Made by a program: the position numbers and the translations under genes
Assembly: GCF_006345805.1 (NCBI RefSeq)
Contig: NC_042999.1
Coordinates: 167,338,001 to 167,402,000 of the forward strand
DNA length: 64,000 bases
From: Octopus sinensis
Lineage: Eukaryota
Direction: 5' to 3'
Notes under the pieces: model-generated
The model's database searches: none
Told to the model about the DNA's origin: nothing
Seen by the model: only the letters and a program-made list of their open reading frames with translations
Shown here: in pieces, positions 11,318-21,750 of the stretch
How the letters are laid out: each line of letters starts with the position of its first letter
Numbering within the stretch: the stretch's first letter is position 1

Positions 11318-13228
11318 TCTATCCACGTGTGTTGTGAGTTATTTTGTATGTGAAAATTGGAAAAAAAAAACTGTTAAAAATTGTCAAAAAATGAATCGCG
11401 CGAGGCGTTTGCCGCTACGTGTTTGAACCTTTTATAGAAGGTGTGTCGACCCTCAAGTCATGGAGACTTACGCGGGGTCGCCACAACAAAAAGTGACGAG
11501 TCTCTTAGAATAAAAGAAGTGTTCTTTAGAAAAGAACAATTGAAGGAATACGAGAAGTTCGTCAAAAGGGAGGGTGACAGCGTGAAGCTGGTCCCGCCTG
11601 TGGAAACAATAGAAGAGAAAAATAACAAGACGATAACGTATAGAACGCAAGATAGAAACACGAGAAACTGGTGAGAGTGACGATTGAAGAAATAGAGAAA
11701 TGTCTGGGGGACATCATGAAAAAAGCGACTTTTGTAGACAGAGGAAAGAAATATGGTACGGTGGAGGTGAGATGCGCAACAAAGGAAGTGGCGGCCTCAT
11801 TGGCTTCCACTGTCCTGAAAGCGGAAAATTTCACCATGTGGCCGACGTATAAAGGAAGACGAGGGGTACGGGTAAGAGTCCCAAAGGTGCCCCCAGATAT
11901 TAAAACAGAAATGCTGGTAACAGCCATTATTGGGGCAGCAAGAGGAAGTAGAAATAGGGTCAATTAAGGAGACGAACGTTGTAAATTGGAAGGGATTCGG
12001 AGTAGAGTTGTGGCTGATGGCCACAATGGAAGACATCGAAAGATTTCCCTTCCAAATAGAAATAGAAAACGAGAAAACAATTAGTGTAATAGTGGAAGGC
12101 AGAAAACCGAATGCTACCTGTGCGGATCAAGAGGGCACATAAAAAAGGAATGTCCGCTGTATGAATTCACAGCGGAGCAAAAAGAGACACAAAGTGGAGA
12201 GAAGGAAAACGAACACGAAGGAAAGAACAGCGAAAACAAGGAAAAGGAAATAACGGAGAAACAACAAGAGAAGGGAAGTAACAGCGCACTGAAGGAAAAT
12301 GAAAACAAAGGGAAGAAGATAGTAGAAAAGGAGCAAAATTCACAGGGTGCAGAAGTAGTGGAGAAGGAGCCAAGGCAGAAGCAAGAGAAAGAAAAGGAAA
12401 GTACATTAAAGGAAAGAGAAAAAGCAGGAAAAGAACAAGAGAAGGAACAGAACCAAGAGAAAGGAAAAGATGGTATGCAAAAAGAAAAAGAAACAACAGG
12501 AAAGGAACTTAAGGCACAGGGTAGAGAGACGGCAGACAAAGAGCCAAAAAGACAAGAGAAGGAAAAAGAAAGAAGAGAAAGCAAAAGAGAAAGAGAGAAA
12601 CCGAGGGAGGAGAAAAAAGAGGAAGTAAGTCCTAAGAGAAAAACTAGAGAAAACGTAGGTACGAATAGAAAATTCAATACTATGGAACGTTGATCCATCA
12701 CAGGCTCTGTGAGGAGATGGAAGATTTAATAAACGTAACAAACGGATATACGTGGGTCAGGATGGGCACCGAATGGAAAGAAACAGGTGCACTCGTCCGC
12801 GAGAACGACGCCGAGGCGTTCATCGAGGCAGCTGGCGAGAACGTGTCAAAACATATGAAATGCCGACTTACAAGGTGGCCTCGAACGATGGAAGTTTACT
12901 CAGATTTGGTAGACATAATGGAGTATATATAAAAGAAAAGGTATTGTGAAAACTTTAATTTGGAAATGATAAAAAGAACTTTAAATTCTGAAAAAAAAAA
13001 AAGAAATGTTGAACTTTGTAAAACTTTTGAAATGTATGTTGAAAATGTATAAAATGTTTTATTTGGAAAATATTGTTGACGAATAAAAAACAAATGACGA
13101 AATGTAACCGCTCGATTTCGGGGATCGAGTGGGCATTACACCACATTGTACAAACTTCATAATTCATTATTCATTTTCCCGATTGTATTGTCCCATCTAT
13201 GTAGCCCCTAGTGGGTAATAATAAAACA
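11318..13228 (+). mobile_element. ORF1-only Tx1/L1-type element, copy 2
   Basis: Near-identical to copy 1; followed by right TSD acatggaggaaa (13229-13240). Confidence 0.85.
11460..12932 (+). pseudogene. Gag-like ORF1 of copy 2, frameshifted as assembled
   Basis: ATG at 11460; same motifs as copy 1; C-terminal ...MEDLINVTNGYTWVRMGTEW...MEYI stop at 12932. Confidence 0.8.
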
Positions 13229-13619
13229 ACATGGAGGAAAGCACCTCGAAAAGTGTCTTGGTGCGACTATGAAAGATATTTAATCAGAGTCGGTAAATTC
13301 GCCACAATAGAAGCAAGGTTCGAGTTAACGGAGCGTGCAAGGGAGTACTCGACTCGAACTTGCAAAGTGGAAATATTTTATTTTTACCTTTATATCTGGG
13401 ACGTACGACGTCCTGGAGAAAAATTTTAAATGCCCCCCCCCCCGAAGTAGAGGTAGGCTGGATTGTAGCCACACTTCTATACAAGAGGGAGGACAAGATA
13501 TAATTGATCGAAATTACAAGAGACGGGCTAACAATTCCAGTCTGTTATATATTTTGAGTATTGTTATCACTAGCGATATCAAGATATAACTTTGTATTTT
13601 GTATTTTATGTGTTGATGT

Positions 13620-13757
13620 AGCGGCTCGGCAAAAGAGACCGATAGAATAAGTACTGGGCTTACAAAAGAATAAGTCCCAGGGTCGAGTTGCTCGACTAAA
13701 GGCGGTGCTCCAGCATGGCCAGAGTCAAATGACTGAAACAAGTAAAAGAAAAAAAAA
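13620..13757 (+). mobile_element. 5'-truncated family A SINE tail inserted in the Helitron
   Basis: Tail sequence present here and absent from the empty Helitron copy. Confidence 0.8.
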
Positions 13758-13946
13758 GTTATAGATGTACATGTAATATGTACACATATATATACACATA
13801 TATACATGCACAAGCACTATGACCCGGCAACGACGGGTCTTTAATACTAGTATAGGGCGAGCCCACAGCAATATCTTATCTTCTCCACTATTTCAGTATT
13901 ACGTGTTAAAAGTGAAACAAAAACATCTCTCTAATGTATGTATATG

Positions 13947-13989
<43 letters not shown>

Positions 13990-14012
13990 GCATATACAGG
14001 TATATATATGAA

Positions 14013-14046
<34 letters not shown>

Positions 14047-14310
14047 CATGCATATATATAGCTGTATATGTATACATATATATATATATACATATATATA
14101 CATGCATATATATAGCTGTATATGTATACATGTATATGTATAGCTGTATAGATGTATTTCTATAGATATACATGTATGTGTATACATGTATGTCTAGATG
14201 TATATTTATATAGATGTACCTGTAATATGTACACATATGTTTGCACATATATACATGCATACATATATACACCCATACACACATACACCCCACACACACA
14301 CACATACATA

Positions 14311-14600
14311 AGTGCAGGTGTGGCTGTGTGGTAACTAACTCCGTTCCAAAACTGTGGTAACTTGGCATGTCTTCTGCTATAGCCTCAGACCAACCAAAGC
14401 CTTGTTAGTGGATTTTGTAGACAGAAACTGAAAGAATTCAGTTATATGTATATGTATGTATATATGTAAATCTATGTATGTGTTTTTGTGTTTCTCCCTC
14501 ATCACTGCTTCACAACTGGTGTTCGTTTATTTACATCCCCATAACTTACTGGTTTCACAAGAAGAAACTGATAGAATAAGTACCAGGCTTATCAAAATAT
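14311..14600 (+). mobile_element. Degenerate family A SINE
   Basis: gtgcaggtgtggctgtgtggtaa head through gatagaataagtacc. Confidence 0.7.
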
Positions 14601-14785
14601 TAAAAAAGCACTACGCAGTGTCTCATATTTTTGTTTGCCCACTCAGTTGTATCTATCAATTTATCTATGTGTGTGTGTGTGTGTTTGTGTGTGTATGTAT
14701 ACATATATATATGTGGATTTCGTAGACAGGAACTGAAACAAATCAATCGTATATATATGTATATATATATATGTAAGTGTATGTG

Positions 14786-14893
14786 TTTTGGTATTGGCAA
14801 CATGAATGATAATGGTCAGAGACTACTTGAATTTTGCACATACCATAACCTGTGCATCACTAACACATTCTTCGCCAACAAGACATTCCACAA

Positions 14894-14897
<4 letters not shown>
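14786..14897 (+). pseudogene. RTE-clade LINE endonuclease fragment
   Basis: GIGNMNDNGQRLLEFCTYHNLCITNTFF matches the conserved RTE APE motif NxNGxRLLxFCxxxxLxITNTFF. Confidence 0.75.
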
Positions 14898-14937
<40 letters not shown>

Positions 14938-15324
14938 CATACACACACACATATATTTTTAATACATTTGCAATAATTACATGCATACTAGCTGGCCCCG
15001 TGCCATCAAAAATGACGGCTAATTGTAGTATTTTTTATATAACTATGGATGGTAAATCAAATTAATACACTTGTCAATGTTATCTGGTGGTTGTCTTTTG
15101 AGATGTGACATTCATCATTATTTGTTACTGAAAGAATGCTGGTTCACACATACATTTACGTACTCCCCTTGTACACATACACACACAGAGCTGAAACGCT
15201 GTTTGATTTTCCTTTTCATGTTCACTTCCATTGCACACACACACACACACACACACACAAACATTCACATACCTCCCTTTTACACTATATTTTCTAGCAT
15301 GTAAGTCACATTTCTATTTTACAG

Positions 15325-16250
15325 CCTAGGCTAGCTGGCTGGCCGTACCATTGATGCCTGGCTGGCCCGGCCAGCCAGCCAGCCTAGGCCAATTTCCAGC
15401 CACCAAGTCAAGGCCGGGTCAGCCAGGCAACCAAGGCCCGGCCAGCCAGCCAGCCAGCCTAGGCCAGTTTCCAGCCAGCAAGTCAAGGCCGGGTCAGCCA
15501 GGCAACCATGGCCCGGCCAGCCAACCAGCCAGCCTAGGCCAGTTTCCAGCCAGCAAGTCAAGGCCGGGTCAGCCAGGCAACCAAGGCCCGGCCAGCCAGG
15601 CAACCAAGGACTGCCCAGCCAGCCAGACTAGGCCAATTTCAAGCCAGCAAGCCAAATCCGGGCCAGCCAGGCAACCAAGGCCCGGACAGCCAGCAAACCA
15701 AGGCCGGACAAGCCAGGCAGCCAAGGCCTAGCCAGGCAGCCAAGGCCTAGCCAGGCAGCCAAGGCCTAGCCAGGCTAGGCCAGTTTCCAGCCAGCAAACC
15801 AAGGACGGGCCAGCCAGGCAGCCTAGGCCGGTTTCCAGCCAGCAAGCGAAGGGCGGGCCAGCCAGCCAGGCTAGGCCAGTTTCCAGCCAGCAAACCAAGG
15901 ACGGGCCAGCCAGGCAGCCTAGGCCGGTTTCCAGCCAGCAAGCAAAGGGCGGGCCAGCCAGCCAGGCTAGGCCAGTTTCCAGCCAGCAAACCAAGGACGG
16001 GCCAGCCAGGCAGCCTAGGCCGGTTTCCAGCCAGCAAGCGAAGGGCGGGCCAGCCAGCCAGGCTAGGCCAGTTTCCAGCCAGCAAGTTAAGGCCGAGCCA
16101 GCCAGCCAGACTAGGCCAATTTCAAGCCAGCAAACCAAGGCCGGGCAAGCCAGGCAGCCAACTTCCGGCCAGGCAGCCAGCCTAGGCCAGATTCCAGCCA
16201 GCAAGCCAAGGCCGGGCCAGCCAGGCATCCAAAACAGGGCCAGCCAGTCA
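15325..16250. repeat. GC-rich minisatellite built from (GCCA)-like units, with 75-bp, 19-bp and 96-bp higher-order periods
   Basis: ca(g/a)ttt motif at 15390/15465/15540 (period 75) and 15781/15877/15973/16069 (period 96). Confidence 0.9.
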
Positions 16251-16260
16251 GGAAATTATT

Positions 16261-16678
16261 AGGTGCAGGAGTGGCTGTGTGGTAAGTAGCTTGCTTACAC
16301 ACCACATGGTTCCGGGTTCATTCCCACTGCTTGGCACCTTGAGCAAGTGTCTTCTACTGTAGCCTCGGGCCGACCAAAGCCTTGAGAGTGGATTTGGTAG
16401 TTGGAAACTGAAAGAAGCCTGTTGTATATATGTATATATATATATGTATGTGTGTGTATGTTTGTGTCTCTTTGTCCCCCTAACATCACTTGACAACCGA
16501 TGGTGGTGTGTTTATGTCCCCGTAACTTAGTGGTTCAGCGAAAGAATCCGATAGAATAAGTACTAGGCTTCCAAAGAATAAGTCCTTGAAGCACCAAATA
16601 AGTCCTTGGAGCACCAAAGAATAAGGCGGTGCTCCAGCATGGCCGCAATCAAATGACTGAAACAAGTAAAAGAGAGTA
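16261..16678 (+). mobile_element. Full-length family A SINE
   Basis: Same head, body and tail as 3415-3833. Confidence 0.9.
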
Positions 16679-16949
16679 TTAGTAATAATTATTATACTCA
16701 GCAAACTTCTGCTCAACTTATGCTCCAGCCCTACAACAGTCGGTCTCTCATCCATAACAGGGCCACGTCTGATACCTAACAATATTTTGATATATTTAAA
16801 AGTAAACAAAAGGTGTGCCTTGTACACAGGCAATACAGTATATATTTCATGGGTCCTCTATTAACATCCAGTTATCTTATAAGTTTCAAAATAACTGTAG
16901 ATGTTCTCCAGAGATATTCTGATTTGTTATCATTATGCTGAGGTAAGAT

Positions 16950-17140
16950 GACAAGCTGGCAGAAGCGTTAGCGTGCCAGGCAAAATGCTTTGCGAGTATT
17001 TTGACCATCTTCTGAGTTCAAATTCCACCGAGGTCGACTTTGCTTTTTATCCTTTTGAAGTTGATTAAATAAGTACCAGTTACGCATTGGGGGCGATGAC
17101 AACGACGACCCCCACCCACAAAAAAAATTTCTTTTGTGCC
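16950..17140 (+). mobile_element. Family B SINE (Meta-domain-like)
   Basis: gctggcagaagcgttagcgtgccaggc...gaggtcgactttgctttttatccttttgaagttgattaaataagtaccag; the GCCTTTCATCCTTTCGGGGTCGATAAA..AGTACC block resembles the MetaSINE central domain (from memory). Confidence 0.7.
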
Positions 17141-17861
17141 ACCAATTACTGCCTCCGCCCCCCACGCACAACTTCCATCCCTCATTCTCATCCTCACTAT
17201 TTTCACTGATTACTTCCTTTCTCAGCCTCCACTCGTCTCCTCTCCTCCTCCGCCGTACCCCATCTTAATACCTCTTATACCTGTTGCTGTGCCACACTCA
17301 CTGTAGCCACCCTTATCTCCCTCTACATCTCCTGCTCCACTCTCCCTAAGCCTTGGTCATCTTTCCCTACTTCCTGACCTCTCATCCCTAAGTAACCTCT
17401 TTCTCTCTCACGCCTTAACCACCCACCCTCACCCATATTGATATCTCCCATCATGTTACACCTCCACCCGTTTCATCACTCACTACATTCATCTCTACCC
17501 CACCTCTAACCACCTGTTACTCCTCCCCTCACATTCTTATAACCACATACCCTTCTCCTTTACCCTCCTCATTCACTGACCATGTCCTCTCTTGTGCTCA
17601 CTTCCTTGCTTCTGGACAGTTTACTCTGGTACTCTTTCACTACCCTCTTTATTTTCTTCTCAGTTACTCCCACCCACCCTTATGAAATGCAGAGTGACCA
17701 TCTCCTCTATAGCATCTATGCCATAGACCAATATTTCTCAACCATTTTACCCTTACATAACCCTTAAAATAAATTACATGTCTCAAGGAACCCTTGCACA
17801 AAAAAAAATCATATACCATATCTTTTACATATTTTTTTTCCTCGCAGCTCACGTGGTAAAT

Positions 17862-17929
<68 letters not shown>

Positions 17930-17930
17930 C

Positions 17931-17985
<55 letters not shown>

Positions 17986-17986
17986 T

Positions 17987-18306
17987 GGAGGGCGCGTGGC
18001 TTAGTGGTTAGGGCATTCGGCTCATGATCGTAAGGTTGTGAGTTCGATTCCCGGCGACGCGTGTGTCCTTGAGCAAGACACTTTATTTCACGTTGCTCCA
18101 GTCCACTCAGCTGGCAAAAATGAGTTGTACTTGTATTTCAAAGGGTCAGCCTTGTCACTCTCTGTGTCACGCTGATTATCCCCGAGAACTACGTTAAGGG
18201 TACACGTGTCTGTGGAATGCTCAGCCATTTGCACGTTAATTTCACGAGCAAGCTGTTCCGTTGATCGTATCAGCTGGGACCCTCGTCGTCGTAACCGGCG
18301 GAGTCT
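17987..18306 (+). mobile_element. tRNA-derived CORE-type SINE (family C variant)
   Basis: A-box tggcttagtggtt, B-box gagttcgattcc, CORE-like gtccttgagcaagacactttatttcacgttgctccag. Confidence 0.85.
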
Positions 18307-18321
18307 TATATATATAATATA

Positions 18322-19377
18322 CTAGCATTATGACCCGTCGTTGCCGGGTCATAGTGCTAGTGCATGTATATATGTGTATATATATATGCGTACATATACA
18401 TGTACATATACATGTACATCTCTATATATACATCTACACATAAAATACAAAATACAAAGTTATATCTTGATATCGCTAGTGATAACAATACTCAAAATAT
18501 ATAACAGACTGGAATTGTAAGCCCGTCTCTTGCAATTTCGATCAATTGTATCTTGTCCTCCCTCGTGTATAGAAGTGTGGCTACAATCCAGCCTACCTCT
18601 ACTGCTATTGTGGGGGGGGGGATATTTTAAATTTTTATCCGGGACGTCGTACGTCCCAGATATAAAGGTAAAAATAAAATATTTCCACTTTGCAAGTTCG
18701 AGTCGAGTACTCCCTTGCATGCTCCGTTGACTCGAACCTTGCTTCTATTGTGGCGAATTTACCGACTCTGGTTAGATATCTTTCATAGTCGCACCAAGAC
18801 ACTTTTCGATGGTATTTTCCTCCAGGTGTTCAAATCTTTTTTCTCTACATTGTATACTTTATAGACAATAGTCTTTTCTTTCATTTAATTTTTTATTATC
18901 CATCTGGACTATTCCATTTCTGCACGCTAATTTTATTTTTATTTTTAATTTATTCCCATTCATGGGAAACCACTTATTCAAGTTCAAGTCATTGATGCAA
19001 TTTTATACCAATTGCTATTTTTACTTTTGTTATGTTACGCTTATATTATACTTTAGTTTAATCTTAATTATTACTTACTACATATAATTCAATTGTTGTT
19101 ATTATTTTTATTGTTAAAGTGAAAGTATCTGACATAAAATAGAGAAATGCTTTTTTTTCACTTTTAACACATAATACTGAAATAGTGGAGAAGATATGAT
19201 ATTGCTATGGGCTCGCTCTAGGCAAGAAGTTGAACATTTTTTTTTGCCCATGAAACTACATGGACCCTAAGTAAGGCATGTGTAAAATTTGAATGAAATT
19301 GGTTGTGTAGTTCTTAAGTTTTAGGGAAACACACAGACAGACAGACAGGCACACATTCTCAGTTTTATATATAGAGA
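18322..19377 (-). mobile_element. Uninterrupted copy of the non-autonomous Helitron
   Basis: On minus: A|TC start at 19377, 3' hairpin and CTAG|T at 18322; contains the single unduplicated target acctggaggaaa (18816-18827). Confidence 0.85.
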
Positions 19378-19394
19378 TACACACACACACACAC

Positions 19395-19451
<57 letters not shown>

Positions 19452-19651
19452 TCCTTTCTGTGGAAGAGTATAGGCTCGAAACGTTGAAGACTTTTTCACT
19501 TCCCGACCACTATACTAATACATCTGTTTGTTTCTACGCCACCCTGTTTCGTCTCTTGTTCTTTTTTTTGTGAATTCTCCCCGCCCGCCCCCTATATATA
19601 TATATAATATATATATTACTTTATTTTAAGCCGCAGAAAATTCAACAAAAT

Positions 19652-19689
19652 CTGTTACTCTGAGTTTCTCGTTGCCGTTCATCAGACAG
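19652..19689 (-). ncRNA. Minimal type I hammerhead ribozyme (left arm)
   Basis: Reverse complement of 20492-20529. Confidence 0.65.
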
Positions 19690-20491
19690 TTTTTGCTATG
19701 AATGGAACCGATATATCAATTCATCTAGACTCTACAAACGCTACACCTTTAAAAAGAAATGGACTTGTTTGATTGGCCCTTTAGAAAAAACGGTCAATCT
19801 TCGAGCGATAAACAAAAAGGTCAAAAATATATGTATATATATATAAAAAAACTTATAAAAATTATAAAATCCGAGGAAAAACCTTACATTGAATATTGAC
19901 GTAATGAAGAATATTGACGTTAATGAAGAAAGTATAAATTAATTCATAGAAATTAAACCTGTTATAAATATTACCTGCATACATATTTATATAAAATGTA
20001 CATATATATATCAACATACACAAAAGATGCGCGCAAACGCCATACATAACAGACGTATGAATATAAATCTAAATATACACATAAATGCATGTGTACATAT
20101 ATTCACGCAAACCATCTCATACGTCTGTATATGTATGGCGTTTGCGCGCATCCTTTTGTGTATGTTGATATATATATGTACATTTTAATATAAATATGTA
20201 TTGCAGTGTAATATTTATAACAGGTTTAATTTCTATGAATTAATTTATCCTTTTCATTAACGTCAATATTCTTCATTACGTCAATATTCAATGTAAGGTT
20301 TTTTCCTCGGATTTTATAATTTTTATAAGTTTTTTTTATATATATATACATATATTTTTGACCTTTTTGTTTATCGCTCGAAGATTGACCGTTTTTTCTA
20401 AAGGGCCAATCAAACAAGTCCATTTCTTTTTAAAGGTGTAGCGTTTGTAAGAGTCTAGATTGATTGATATATCGGTTCCATCTAGCAAAAA

Positions 20492-20529
20492 CTGTCTGAT
20501 GAACGGCAACGAGAAACTCAGAGTAACAG
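20492..20529 (+). ncRNA. Minimal type I hammerhead ribozyme (right arm)
   Basis: ctgt-CTGATGA-a-cg[gcaa]cg-a-GAAA-ctcagag-TA-acag; stem I ctgt/acag; GUA site; non-canonical A.A at the base of stem II. Confidence 0.65.
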
Positions 20530-20787
20530 ATTTTGTTGAATTTTCTGCTGCTTAAAATAAAGCATATTACTCTACCACTGGTATTTGAGTACTCTTTTTT
20601 CCACCTTGTTTCACATTTATGTGTTTACTCCGGTATATATATATATATATATATATAATATAATATATATAATATATATATATATATATAGTTGTTATAT
20701 ATTTTTGACAACATAATAGGTTAGGTAGGATACCTATATTACAATATTATAATAACCAATAATATGTTGTACATCTATAGTAATATT

Positions 20788-21101
20788 GTTTGTTTGTTGT
20801 TTGTTCCTTCTTGAGCCATGCCTGGCCAATAAGGGCTGGCTTCCCAGTTTCATTGGCATATAGGTTCCCCACCTGGACGGGACGCTGATCTGTTGCAGGT
20901 GAGCTGCTAAATGCAGGAGGAGAGAGTGAGAGAAAGTTGTGGCAAAAGAGTCAGCAGAAATTTGCCATTACCTTCTGCCGGAGCTGCGTGGAGCTTAGGT
21001 GTTTTACTCATAAACATACACTTCACCTGGTCTGAGATTCGAACCTGCGATCCCTCGACTGCAAATCTGCTGCTCTAACCACTAGGCCATGTGCCTCCAT
21101 G
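20788..21101 (-). mobile_element. tRNA-derived SINE (family D) with 12-bp TSD
   Basis: A-box tggcctagtggtt, B-box ggttcgaatc, (AAAC)n-like tail; tatagtaatatt at 20776-20787 and 21102-21113. Confidence 0.85.
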
Positions 21102-21364
21102 TATAGTAATATTACAATCATGAAATTAGCATTAGCTTATCTTACTTTTTCTTGGGGAACCCCTAGGAACCTTTTGTATAACCCTAGGGTTCCGGGGACC
21201 CCAGTTGAGAAACACTGCTATAAACCATCTCCTTTATAGCATCATACCTGCTCTTGTCCCTCTATCACACTTTAATCTCCCCACACCAGGCATAAAACCA
21301 ACAACCCTTTCCTTAAAATAGTGCCCCCACCACTAAGTCAAGGGGCATTTTCCCTTTCCTTGTT

Positions 21365-21750
21365 CTGCTCCTGTCTTGCAAGTTACTTGGTTGCCTCACT
21401 AGTGCTGGTGGCATGAAACAAAGCACCCAGTACATGCTGTAAAGGGGTTTGCGTTAGAAAGGGCATAGAAGTGGGGAACGCATGACGAAGCAGATGCTGG
21501 AGCTTGGTGCAGCCCTGCTGTTTGCTGGGTCCTGTCAAATCAACCCAACCACGGGGCCAGAATGGAAAATGGATGTTTAAACAACGTGGAGAAGAAATTA
21601 TCACACGCGCGCGCGCACACATTAGTAAACACATCCAGCCATAAAAACCCTGCCAAAACAGACACAGTAACCTGGGGTGGTCTTCTACCGTCCTACCCCT
21701 GCATGCATGAAAAACAGATATTAAACAATGATGATGATGATGATGATGAC
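21365..21750 (+). mobile_element. Degenerate RTE-type 3' tail remnants ending in (GAT)n
   Basis: aagcacccagtac...gcgttagaaagggcat...ggaaaatggatgtttaaac and a second tail ending aaacaatgatgatgat; family assignment from memory. Confidence 0.55.

Larger units (their letters stand above)
8863..13850 (+). mobile_element. Non-autonomous Helitron (~1.05 kb core) carrying nested insertions
   Basis: 5' TC at 8863 after A; 3' hairpin GACCCG-gcaacga-CGGGTC (13821-13839), then CTAG (13847-13850) followed by T; collinear with the empty copy at 18322-19377. Confidence 0.85.
19619..20562. repeat. ~940-bp palindrome (arms 19619-20060 and 20117-20562), Penelope-like pseudo-LTR inversion
   Basis: Arms are reverse complements apart from scattered 1-nt indels; each arm carries a hammerhead motif. 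Confidence 0.9.

Noticed and set aside
10259-12701. Long Phe/Ser/Leu-rich minus-strand ORFs
   Set aside because: Antisense shadows of the purine-rich Lys/Glu linker of ORF1.
15728-16228. Trp/Leu/Gly repeat protein ORFs on the minus strand
   Set aside because: Stop-free by-products of a GC-rich minisatellite; no supported start or splice context.
17180-17770. Pyrimidine-rich tract as a LINE remnant or exon
   Set aside because: No recognisable motif in any frame; left unannotated.
17987-18060. tRNA gene
   Set aside because: A and B boxes are present but run directly into a CORE-like SINE body with no acceptor stem or oligo-T terminator; the same applies at 8120-8196 and 21030-21100.
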